A stretch of DNA of 55,665 nucleotides, counting the filler, from Platydemus manokwari (taxonomy: Eukaryota): the NCBI GenBank assembly GCA_037951405.1. It is 5 parts of 5 records of this genome, joined end to end, with 100 filler letters (N's around TTAATTAATTAA, not from the genome) between each part and the next. Parts side by side here need not be neighbours in the genome. Positions count along the whole stretch, not along the records: positions 12,059 to 25,610 come from JBBMOY011692511.1; 4 more parts are not named here. The stretch is one strand, 5' to 3'. The stretch's first letter is position 1; each line of letters begins with the position of its first letter. Both the position numbers and the translations under genes were made by a program. Below the pieces are notes generated by a model. The model worked only from the letters and a program-made list of their open reading frames with translations, searched no databases and was not told the origin of the DNA. Positions 12,059 through 23,100 of the stretch are shown piece by piece.

Positions 12059-13243
12059 TTTCATATAACGCGTTTTTCATGGTAAACTGATTTGGTTTTC
12101 TCTTAAATTTTCTAATATACAAGATTCCTACGAAATTAATGTATTATCGTGGTTTTCTGCTTTTTTATTATTTGTAAAGGCTTGCTAAAATTTTACTTTA
12201 ACTTTACAACGTCTCTTCCCAAGACTAAAGGATAAATACAAACCTATGCTAGTAACGATAAACATAAGGTCAAGTTCATATTCAGACTCAATCCATTAAT
12301 GTGAGAATCAGTCTGCCAAATTTATATACCGTAGATACATTTAATAGTTCCACAATAAATCTCATTGTCTTGAAATCTCAGACTTTTGGTTATTTATAAG
12401 CATTAATGTGATCGGCTTCGATCAATGAAATTCAACAATTAATAAATGACCACCTATTAAAGTTTAGATTCTTTAATTCAGAAAACACCTCTTATTGGAT
12501 CAAGACAATATTTTTTTTTGGCTGATCCTGTCAAAAATTAGTTTCAGTGATAGTTTTTAATATAATTTCTAGAAAAAAATGCCATCATGTCAGTAGTTCC
12601 ATTCAGAATTGCAGACACAAAGTTTATGAATGAAGTTCGAGTAAGATATTAATAAAATAGCTTGTAATACTTTGTACAGATTGCATATTTTAATCACTAA
12701 ACAATACTCGAGGATCGAATTTCTGGAAATCAATAACTATGCTATACAGATTCTGATCTCCAAATGTGTAGTCTACACTTACATCGTCAATAGGAAGAGT
12801 CAAACTTAGGAATACTCCTTAATTGATTAATAGAAGCTATTTTCTGAGACAACTGGAACCTAAGTTTTTAATCAAAAGACTTGCTTCTATTCTGTCATGT
12901 ATTAATTTGAAGTCAACACTGGAACAATGTAAAGATCAATTTTTACCAGTGGCTTTTACCAATTGATCGACAGGAGATTCATCAATAATTTTAAGACTTT
13001 GGTTATTTCATTTTCAGTCTGTTAGATTTGTTCATGAAATAATGAAATATTTCACATTATTAATTATTAAGTTAGCTCCACAGGTTGAAGTAAGTCAGAT
13101 AATGCTTGCCTACCTGAATTCGATTTAATCATCTCTAAAATTAATTGTACCCCAACAATTGCTTTTTTATGATCTTATAGTTTTGCAGAAATTCAAAAAT
13201 AAGAATTGTCATTTAAAATGGCAACTAATTTCAGTAAGTAAAA
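12059..13243 (-). pseudogene. Endogenous Mononegavirales (rhabdovirus-like) L polymerase, RdRp core (motifs A-D), decayed
   Basis: Colinear blocks versus VSV-type L: FYLLKLVAILNDNSYF*ISAKL*DHKKAI (cf. [28 protein letters not shown]); motif A YSIVIDFQKFD at 12714-12746 (cf. ANHIDYEKWN); YLTRTSFINFVSAILNGTTDMM (cf. [23 protein letters not shown]); WSFINC*ISLIEADHIN from 12452 (cf. WTILNLLVIQREAKIRN); motif C KSLRFQDNEIYC with QDN at 12364-12372 (cf. KVLAQGDNQVIC); motif D GLSLNMNLTLCLSLLA*VCIYPLVLGRDVVKLK*NFSK from 12294 (ungapped vs [38 protein letters not shown]). Truncated by the gap. Confidence 0.8.
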
Positions 13244-13418
13244 TGATATTTAAATACAATTTTGAGAATTTATAATAAAATAAAATTTGAAATACTTTTA
13301 AAACAGATTTTTATAAAATATTGGTTTGTTTAAATAAGTGTTTTTAAAGAGATAATTTGATATCGAGACTTTTCAGTTCATTCTTAATGCGTGCTTTATA
13401 AAATAGTAGCGGCTTACA
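13244..13418 (-). repeat. TG...CA dispersed element, copy 2, within the insertion interrupting the L gene
   Basis: Reverse complement starts tgtaagccgctactattttataaagcacgcattaagaatgaactgaaaagtctcga, matching the copy at 10606. Confidence 0.75.
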
Positions 13419-13949
13419 ATAATAAAACGAACATGTGTTCAATCTCAGTATGTAATGTACACAGAGATAGTATAAATATATCTGATAAAGCCAGAAACAA
13501 ACAGAACAAAATGAAAAATATTTTAGATAAAAAACATTGGGGAATTCGAAAATGTTTTGACAGAAAAATGGGTCATTTTTATGTTTTAATAATAATATTA
13601 AATTAGGCATAGTGATTGAATGTTTTATTTTGTTATTGAATTATTTTTTGCACTAATTCTAGGAGACTTTGATAGATCGAATGTATCAGGATAAATCTAA
13701 CTGAAAAAATTTCTTAGCAAAATTAAGCTTTGTTATTGTATTTGAATTTTACTCTTACAGACTTATCATTATTGATTTTTAGTATGTTGCTTGTGATTCT
13801 AAATACAATGTGGACATATTGAGAAGACAAATTATTATTGATAAAATTTATTTGTGAAATAATGTGAAATTTCATAAATTTTTATTATATTTCATTGTAC
13901 TAACAATTCATTTTTATTATTTATTGCTTGCACTTATAAATTTTATCAA

Positions 13950-15279
13950 TAATTCACAACAAATAGCTTTAATGCATTTCAAGTCGATGTAATAATGCAA
14001 ATATAAAAATCATTTCCAGATACAAAATTATTCAAGTTTTCAAACATCCACTAATGTAATTAATAATCACAATTATAAAAGTTTTTTGTCAAGACAGTTT
14101 GTCATTGAAACTCAATATTGTTCAAAATCAATTTCAATTTGTTGTACATGAGTCTTCCATTAATGGGTACTTGATTATGGGATGAATGTTTTGTACTGAC
14201 TGTGGTGATGATCTGGATGAATATAATTCGAAACAAATATAGAGACTAGAAACAAATAAGACTAGAGTTTAAATGAATTGGTGAATTGATTAAGCGCACG
14301 CAGACAATATCATTACCTACAGGAGAGTTACATTTGGCACTTGTTTTTCAGGAGTCATTTTTAGAGCACAACAGCTTTAACATTCAAGTCAACAACTTTA
14401 TATTAGAAACAAAATTTTGTTATTGTGTCATTGGTCGATTATTGCATAAAAGTAATAAGATATCAGATTATTTATGAAGATATCGTTATAATCTAATTCA
14501 ATAGTACATTAAATGGAACTTGTATCCAAAAAACTTGCAACACACCGGCAGACCCCTATAGTTTGACAGATAATTTATAATTAAATAAAAGTAGATTTGA
14601 TCAACTCAATATCTTTGTCAAATTTTTCTTGATTCTTATCTTAATGACGACATGAAGCCAAAAATCATCAAAGCATTTTTCGAGGACTCTATCTATCAAA
14701 ATGGAGTATTTTCGTTGCAGCTGCAAGAGAACACCAATATTTTCCACAATATTATTTGTTCAGTTCGAATTTTAATTTTCTCAGATCTTAGAAAGCAATC
14801 ACCAGAGAAAAATATGGTCATAAGTGCACTGAAAATTCTCACTATTTTTCCAAAGTTGAGTTGACCCAAACTAAAAACACAATCTAGTGATGAATCCAGA
14901 TTAAAAAAATTTCAATATGAATTTAAAGTTTTCAGTGAATAAACATTTGAGAAAATCTGAATCAGAAACACATGCAAAGACGCATTCATCTATGAATCAG
15001 TTCGGTTGAAATATACGTGAACGATTATTCCGGTTGGCTAACTCATATTGATCTATGATCCTGGATCGAGATGTTGTTTCACTGGGTTTGTCTTAAAACT
15101 AAAGATCACAGTTAATAAACGCATCCAACATTACATCAAAGCAAGTTATATTACCAACTAAATCGAATAATATTGAGATATTTAATAGACTTCCCAGAGT
15201 CTGCATAATTAATACCTGAAAATGGTTATAATTGAATATTGTCGTTTCCTTTATTGTTTTTGTTATAAATTCTATCCAT
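13950..15279 (-). pseudogene. Endogenous rhabdovirus-like L polymerase, N-terminal part (domain I), decayed
   Basis: ATG at 15279 (MDRIYN...KSIKYLN, cf. ERMTYLN); LIKSTFI*L*IICQTIGVCRCVASF (cf. [24 protein letters not shown]); QNFVSNIKLL..MLKLL (cf. GNFSYDLIKMV..NLKLM); QNIHPIIKY with H at 14184 (cf. HWGHPFIDY), about 365 codons from the ATG; QQIEIDFEQY*VSMTNCLDKKLL (cf. [21 protein letters not shown]); H*WMF...DFYICIITST* (cf. HKKWFV...PFKSHVKENTW). Confidence 0.65.
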
Positions 15280-15422
15280 AAGTTTCACTTACTCGAGTAC
15301 ACTCTTGAATAAAAAGTTATAATTTTGAAATTGTCGGTAATTATGAGATTAGGCGAATATTTTAGTGACCCAGCATGATCTTAACATTATGTATGTTCGT
15401 TTACTTCAATCTTTATTTAATC

Positions 15423-15885
15423 TCATTTAGTATTCAAACTAGTTTTCAGTAGAATGTCCTTAATTTTGTCGACTATTTTCACTTCAAATCGGTTGGGTTT
15501 GGGCTAGATCACTTTTGTAAATGTAAATTTAAGATTTTTAATTTTATTTCCTGTGAGGGATTTTTATATTTTATAAGCCTCAACTATAGGTAATTCAGAT
15601 CTTATATCAGCTGTGCAATTAGAGGTTTTGATTTTGATAATAATTCGAATGACGAACTTTTATGAGAATTAATCACCTGTCAGAGGTCCAAAAGAGATCT
15701 GGTTAGATTCTATCTTTTGAAATGTTCAGGAAACAGAAGAACTTATTTGACACTCAGTATTATTAATTTTATTAGCTTTGACTTTATTTTTCTTATTTGT
15801 AATTGGCTCAACAGGTCGGTTATTCTGAGTCAAAAGTTAGATATTCAGTCATTTATGACTTCGAGATCTTTGAATTAGAGAGCAT
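15423..15885 (-). pseudogene. Decayed small basic ORF (~150 codons), possibly a viral matrix/accessory gene
   Basis: ATG at 15885, then after one frameshift a long frame QNNRPVEPITNKKNKVKANKINNTECQISSSVS*TFQKIESNQISFGPLTGD*FS*KFVIRIIIKIKTSNCTADIRSELPIVEAYKI*KSLTGNKIKNLKFTFTKVI*PKPNRFEVKIVDKIKDILLKTSLNTK*. Intronless, Lys-rich, ends about 145 nt before the L ATG. No homology recognised. Confidence 0.4.
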
Positions 15886-15950
15886 AATTATACACATACA
15901 AATATTTATTACATAAACAGTTTTGAATTGTAACAATCTAGTTTAATTAA

Positions 15951-17691
15951 CTAGATTTCATCATTTATGTCTTTCTTTCGATTGACCTAAATATCACAGA
16001 CGCTTGGTATATTCTTCTTTTTGCAGAACTCGAAGTAATCCTCCATCGCATTCCTGCTTCTATTGCCGTAGTCAGGAAAGGAGGTCTCGTCAAAGTCATT
16101 AGAATAATCGCTGTCATCAGAGAACTGTTCTTCCACTATTTTTTGCTCGCCGGTTGTTATGTTTGTTATTGTTGTCCATATTCCTGACGATTCTCGGGAT
16201 CGATTCTTTCTTTCACTGTCTTTCGGCTCAGTCTCTGTGTTTTTCTATTTTGGACTTGCTGATGATTTTCCGGTTGTTTTAGGTGAGGCATATAGTGATC
16301 GCCATTTTGATTCTAGTTCATTGTTAAATCGGGAAGAATTTTTACCTTTTTTCTCCGAGTTATCTTCCATTTGAGGGGACTCCGCTATTTGTTATTTTTC
16401 TGTTGTAGAACTTTGGCTTGTCTTTTTCTCTATTTCGGTGTTTGACACCATGTTTCCTGAGGTATTATCTTCGCGCTGGGCAATTATCCTTTTTTCAGGT
16501 TTAATCGATGATTCTCTTGAATCCATGCTTCTATTGATTTCAACCAAGATTGAATTAAGCATTTCTTGATCTTTGGTGCTGGCACCTTTCTTTTTGTTCT
16601 GCAAATTTCTGTTTTTTGGGATATATGGATTTACTTTTGATACCTGCTGTTATTGCTTGATTATTATCCACTGGGTTAGCTTCTCTACTCTTATTAATTT
16701 TTGTGACCGGGGAGTGTGCATCCCTTTTGTTTTTCTTGATATCTGGTAAAGCTAATAGATTACTATTTATTGAGGAAGTTTCATCCGTTACTATGACCGG
16801 GAAATATGATTCTGCTGTGCCCCTTGAAATAGCTTCATTTTCTTTCTCGTGAGTTTTTATGTCCTTTGGGATAGACTCGTTTTCTTTCGCGGGAGTTTCT
16901 ATGATTGAGGAGTTTCGTTCCGTTGTGGTCTCCTTGATATCCGGTTCTTGATTTTCATCCTTTGGGATAGTTCCTTTTTCATTCTCTTGAAGCCCTGTGG
17001 CCGAGGAATATGATTCCGATGTGGTCACATTGATATACGCTTTTTGGTTGTTTTCATCCATTGAGATGGTTTCATTTCCTTTCTTTGGTGTTTGTGCAGC
17101 CAGGGATTGTGATTCCGATGTGGTCTCTTTGATATCCTTTTTGTGATTGCTTTTAGCCGTTGGGATAGGTTCTTCCTCTTTCTTACTGGTTTCAGTGACC
17201 GAAGTGTGTAATTCAGTTGTGGTATCTTTTTCGTCTAATTTTTTCTTTTGTTTATTTTTATCCAATGGGATATCTACATCTTCTTTCACAAAGGTTTCGG
17301 TGCCCAGGGAATATGATTCCATTGTGGTCTTATCTGTCTTCTTCGATTGCGGAATACGTGGACCTATTACTGTAACAATGGCTTTTTTGAGTTAATTGAC
17401 ATCTGAAATTCCGTTTTTACAGTTTTTGGCGTGAATTTTGATGGTGATTGTATCCGTTGGGTTGATAGTGATATTTAGTGCCCTATTGGGGATATCGGAC
17501 CCTTTGGCTTTTATTGAAGATTGTTTGTGACTATGAGAAGTGTCAGTGAGTTGACCAGAATTAACGTTTGCTTGATTCATGGTTGTCAGATGTCTTTCAA
17601 GGTTATTATCAGATTTCTGTTCTGTTCTCATAGTGATGTGACTGGCAGAATTTTCTCGTCGGTTATTATTCAAGTAATTGATACGAGTCAT
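15951..17691 (-). pseudogene. Disrupted ~570-codon S/T/E/K-rich disordered ORF with internal repeats (phosphoprotein-like or host low-complexity gene)
   Basis: Track ORFs 17392-17691 and 16555-17322 are in one frame, separated by a single TAA. A frameshift near 16600-16650 joins 16392-16604, which continues past TAA (16392) and TAG (16245) to TAG at 15987 or 15951. Intronless, visibly GC-richer than its flanks, no signal peptide or TM segment. Confidence 0.7.
16800..17340 (-). repeat. Six degenerate in-frame tandem units (96-108 nt)
   Basis: Anchors at 17324, 17219, 17120, 17021, 16925 and 16817 (spacings 105/99/99/96/108) encode DKTTMESYS, KDTTTELHT, KETTSESQS, NVTTSESYS, KETTTERNS and RGTAESYF. 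Confidence 0.85.
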
Positions 17692-18783
17692 TTATTTTCA
17701 ACAAACAATTATTAAAATTCTTAAACCTTTTAATATATCACTATAGTTACTATTATCAAAACATTTGTTAAATATTTGTAAAAAAAGTCAATAAACAGTA
17801 TCTGCAACAAGAAAATGCTATAATGGATTACTAGAATTCGTGTGTAATGTAACTGAAATTTATTAACCTTAGTTCTAACCTAGACATAAAGAATTTAATT
17901 CATATGATCAATAAAGCTAAAATAATTAATACGGATTAAAATGTCAACTAATAACTAAATCTATAATGGCAACACATTGCTTCTACGTAGTCAAATTTTT
18001 TTGATTTACATTTTAGGATTTGCATTAATATTAAAATTCTGCTTTTATATTTTCATGACCAAAAACTTTATTAACATAATGAATTTTATTAATATACTTT
18101 AAATACTTCCGTAAATATTTTTAGATGAAATATTTAAATTGAAAATTTAACATTTATAATTTCCTATACTGAATTATAAGTAGTAATGAACATAATTAAG
18201 CAGACTATTATTTTAGTTAAAATTAAGCGTATTTTGTAGACTGACTTTATTAACAATTCTTAATTACATACATTTAGAAGATAATATAAATATTGCTTAA
18301 ATTTATTAACAACAATTTGTCCGATAAGTTGCAACTACTGAAGATTAAAAGTTCATCCACATCACGATATTAAAAGTATAAGCGATGACTGAAATCGTTT
18401 TACACCAGCAGTTCAATTATTTTTTAATAAAATTAACGTGATTAATAAAAATTTCAAATTGAAAACACCAAAATGTACACCATCTTATGCAAAAGCTTTG
18501 GAACCATACATATGGCCTTAGAAATTTAATCAAAATAGCTTTCTAAAAACTTTAAATATAATACTGCAAAAATTAATTAACCGCAAACTGGAAAATCATT
18601 GAATTATCTGTCAGAAAATAAAAACAAATTCACAACAATTTACTAAAACATATTCAATACACTACATTTGAAACATATTGCTCAACAGCGACTGAGTAGT
18701 GTTGTTGGAGAACAATGGGGACCACTCTCGTATCACGAACGATTTAAGACGATATAAAACGGATTTTATTAACGGAAACAGGA

Positions 18784-20178
18784 CTAATGGCGTCTTGAAT
18801 AACTGCGATCTGGCGACCTATCACTTCTTGAACGATGTCTGAAATAATTTAGAAATATTTAGACAAGTAGACATTAATGATCATTGAATAAAGATTATTT
18901 TCAGTCTAGAATGAACCGGCGATCGAAACGTGAAGATCGTAACAAAATTGAGAAATAAGGGTGATCCAACTTCTATCTCTATTAATTATTTAGAAGATAT
19001 TTGATTAATACGGCTGAGAATGATTTTAACATGTCCTTGGTTCTTTTAAATTTCTGGTAAGGTAAATTTTAGACATGACAAAATATAAGACGAAAACGAC
19101 TGATGTAGAATAGATAATTTCAGACTTTGTCTAAGATTTGACTGGGGCAGAAGACTTAATTCCAGCGACTTCGGATTAATTTATGCAGACTTATGTATTG
19201 ATTGAATGAGAATTCATTAGATTCGATGATACTGAGATTCAGATAGCTCAAGAGCAAGAATGAATTACATACCTTCTTTCATGTGTTTGATACCTAAACA
19301 ATCATACGTTAGTATTTCATCATTATAAGTTGTTATTATTGAGCCAATATTATTATAAATAAAGTTGGATGCATACCACCAACAAACTATTACGAAAATG
19401 TATTCAAATTGGCTCATGACTAAATTAATAAATTATAACAATACCTAGAAGAACTATATCTCTCAGTCCTTGGTGGAGAACGCCGCGAATACCTTCTTTC
19501 ATCTCTATTTCTTAAATGACTAATATTTAAGAGATAAAGCAATCCGATTAAACATTTACCCATTCTCTTCACGGTTACCCAAATTCCTGATATTTGCCAT
19601 ATTTTGTAATAGACTAAGAGTGTTTGGATTTAGAAGAGTGGCGGCAAGCATTGAAGCGGCGATAGGTAGATCAGGTCGACCACTAAGCATTTCAAGAGGA
19701 TTGTGAGGAGCATCTCTATGACGAGTTCGATCATTATTAGAATATCTTTCTTCATATCTGCTAGATCTATATCCGTCGCGAGAATCACGATCGTCATTAC
19801 GACTATAAGATTTTCGTGGAAGAATTCTCCTACTATCATCTCTTGATCGCTTATCTTTACCACCATGACTTAATTCGACATTAATAACATTGCCTGCAAA
19901 TTCAGTTCCATCTAATACTTCAATTGCATGATTAGCTTCTTCTTCAGAGCTCATATGCTATGATGAAAACAATCCAAATTATCATAAATCTTTTAAAATA
20001 ATTACTATAAATCCAAAATTTTTAACTATAGTAACTTCCAAAATTTCACCAAATTTTGAAAATAATCGTGACAATTCATCTTTGGATGTACTATTTGGGA
20101 TATTACCAACAAAAAGTTTTGTACCAGACTATAAATATAGATAAAAACGTTAAATATAAGTTAGAAAAAATATACCAT
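18784..20178 (-). CDS. RBM4/Lark-type RRM protein with R/S/D-rich tail (~221 aa)
   Basis: Exons 20178-20176, 20128-20006, 19957-19560, 19510-19445, 19293-19273 and 18838-18784, all GT-AG and frame-consistent. MSGTKLFVGNIP (RNP2)...KNFGFIHM (RNP1)...LDGTEFAGNVINVELS resembles RBM4 RRMs. C-terminus RHRSRSDRSPDRSYSRRH*. Confidence 0.85.
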
Positions 20179-23100
20179 AATTACAAATGGCAATTTATTA
20201 GTAAGCAAATCGGCGTTTAAACAAACTTCAAATTATAATATATAATCGTTTAAACATATTAACTAAATCTTAAAATTATAATTATTTAAGTGTATTTTAA
20301 AACTACTGTTATTTTTAAGAATAATCCAAAATTTTTTGTAATGTTAATCATTGTTTCAAATTTGTCAAATCTTTTTTAATTTAAATTTTCAAATTTCGGC
20401 TTATTAATAAGAATATAAATATTTAATTGATTGAACCAGTTTGAGGTTTGAAAACATATTTTTTAAATTAATTTAAATTTTTATTTAAATTTATTTCGTG
20501 TTGTTCTTATATTTTACCAAAAATGATATTTTTTTTGTTTACATGTATATGTTGCAATGCATATGTTTCCGAATCTCTATTGAATCTAGTGAGAAATAGA
20601 AACATCTGATACAGACTTATGAATAAGTTAAAAAGTCAATAGAAGAACTTATACTAATAAGAAGATATCCAGATGAATCAAATTAATTCAGAATAAAATA
20701 ACTTTTCATAAATAAATCTTTAAATAAAAAAATCGAAGAAATTATTCTTTAAAACATTTAGTAACAATCTCGTGGTTTCAATTATATCTAATAGGAAGAT
20801 ATTTTTGTTAAGATTTGCTAATGGTTACAGAGTTACCTGAATTTTAAACACTACTACCATAAGCATGTAAATAGTTTTGTTATGTTTTCTTCCAAATCCA
20901 TTTTAATTTATTTTTAATTCGGTAATCTTATTTTATTGTTTCATTCATTTAATCCATAAAATCAGTAATAAGTTTTGAGAAATGCATTCTTTTATTCGTA
21001 TGATTTATACCTAGATGATTTCGTTCTGACATCGTGATTTCTTACTTTTGTGATTATCTCATTATGTCTATTCTGATTGTTTTAATGAAAGGTTTGCACA
21101 ACTAATTGAAAATACATTCTATTTCTAAAATTTATATTATTCTAAAGTATTCCTCTTATTGTTGTTATTGTTGGTATAGTATCTACCGTTATGTTCTATC
21201 TTGTTTTAATGTTTTTATAAATAATAAAATAATATTAGAACTAAAGGGTGCGTGTCCACATACACGAGTCAAAAATAATTAAATCATAAAAAAACTTAAA
21301 GTTGCATATTACTGCTAAGAGTATTTGAATAAGTAAGTTCCTCACAGCTATCTCGAGACCCTAAAGCCAATTACCAATCAATAGAACATAAATTCGTAAT
21401 CTAATAGTAAATATATTAGAAAATCTAATCAATGACTAAAGCAACAACAAAAAATTTACAATTAAACCGACGAAATTCGAAACGATTGAGATTGTTAGAT
21501 AAATTCTTGAAACCTTTTATGAGCCAAGAAAAAGATTATAAAAATAATTGAATCAGTTGGCTAAAATGCAACATATTAAATACCTGATCGTGAAGTGAAA
21601 TTTATAAAATTATTTCGGAAAAATTTTAGGGAGATATTATAAAAACCAAGTAATTTCGGAAATTAATTTTAAAGAATTTAAGTAATTTTGAGAAATTATA
21701 GAACAAGGTGCATAAATACTGAAAGTTCTCCGCGTAAAAATCAAATCAAATCAAATTTAAAGTGAAGAATATGGGCAATTTGTTTAGAGCTTGATTAGAA
21801 AAGATATTATTGACTAAATTGTCTAATGGAAAATTGTTCAGTTGTGCGAATCATTGAGAAACCGTGAAATATATGTGATTTGATAACGTTGATGACGAAA
21901 TAAATTTTTTTCATTGCACGAATTAATATTGATATTTCCCTTAAACTAAAAAATCTATAACCTCTTAATTAAATAATTTATCGTAACAAAACCACTCTCG
22001 ACTCTTTAAATCATTTGTGTGTTAATGAGTTTTACAAAACTTGAGTAATTTGAATTTGAAAAGATAAATTTGTTATATCTAAATTGTTTGTTCTAAAGTC
22101 TGATGTAATGGAACAATAGAGTACACAAAGCTAAACCAAGTGATTCTTATATCTATTTATATTGTTGGGTACAACCCCTACAATAAAATAGATAACATAT
22201 TCTATATAAAGCTTTTTGTGACTGATCTCCGAATTTTTAAACAGTAACCATAATAAAGGATACAGACTTTTTAACTAAACATATGAATAATAAAATACAA
22301 ATATAGAAATGAAATAAGTAAGTTTCTAAATATAATAATTACAAAATTTTTCATCAAAATAGTAATAATAATTACCATCATAATAAAAAAATAAAACAAA
22401 GACAATAAGTAAACTAGAAAAATAATATAAATAAGACGTTATAAAAATAAATCGCTATTACAAATTCGAGGTAAGAAAACTAAGTGTTTTTGGATTTGGC
22501 TGAATCTCAACAATATTCTAAATTTAACATTTCAAATAAATCAATTAATTCAATCTAAAATTTCCAGATTTTAAATTCCAATAATTCAACTGATCTTAAG
22601 TTCACAACAATCTATTATAAAAATCGAACACAAAATTAAGAAAATTTAATCCACTTTAGTTATATACAGTCATCTATCAAATTGAAGAGACTTATCACGA
22701 TATTGTTATTTCAAAACAATCTATCTATTTAAGAAGATTAATCCAACTCAAGTGAATTTCTGTAAAGATAAATTAAGTAACGTTAGTCTTTTATTTTTAT
22801 TATAAACTTTTATAATTTGCTCTGAACATCCACATACACTTCAGCTTGAACCCAATTCGACAAAAGCCTTAACTAAGTAATTAAAACTAATCTTAAACTT
22901 AAACAAGTCGTGAAAATTGATTAATTCGTAAATTTTAGGGCTGCTTTAGATTCTTAAATCTATCCTTCAAATTTTTGTAAACCTAACAATATTAATAAAG
23001 TGACTCTTAAGTTATATTATTTGGATATGGATTGCGGCTTTAATAATATTAATTATAATAGAGTTCCCTGATATTTTGAATTGTAATCATAATAATAATT

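Noticed and set aside
16800-17340. CRISPR-like regularly spaced repeats
   Set aside because: Units are degenerate, in frame and protein-coding in a eukaryotic context; no identical repeats or cas genes.
15951-17691. Reassigned genetic code (TAA/TAG read as sense) suggested by isolated in-frame stops here and at 25947/26482
   Set aside because: Intact genes end in TAA (eIF2-alpha), TAG (RBM4-like) and TGA (CYP, TNFAIP8), and this ORF also has a frameshift; ordinary pseudogenisation is sufficient.
16159-17715. Plus-strand ORFs 16159-16374, 17147-17395 and 17521-17715
   Set aside because: Antisense shadows of the minus-strand coding-like region.
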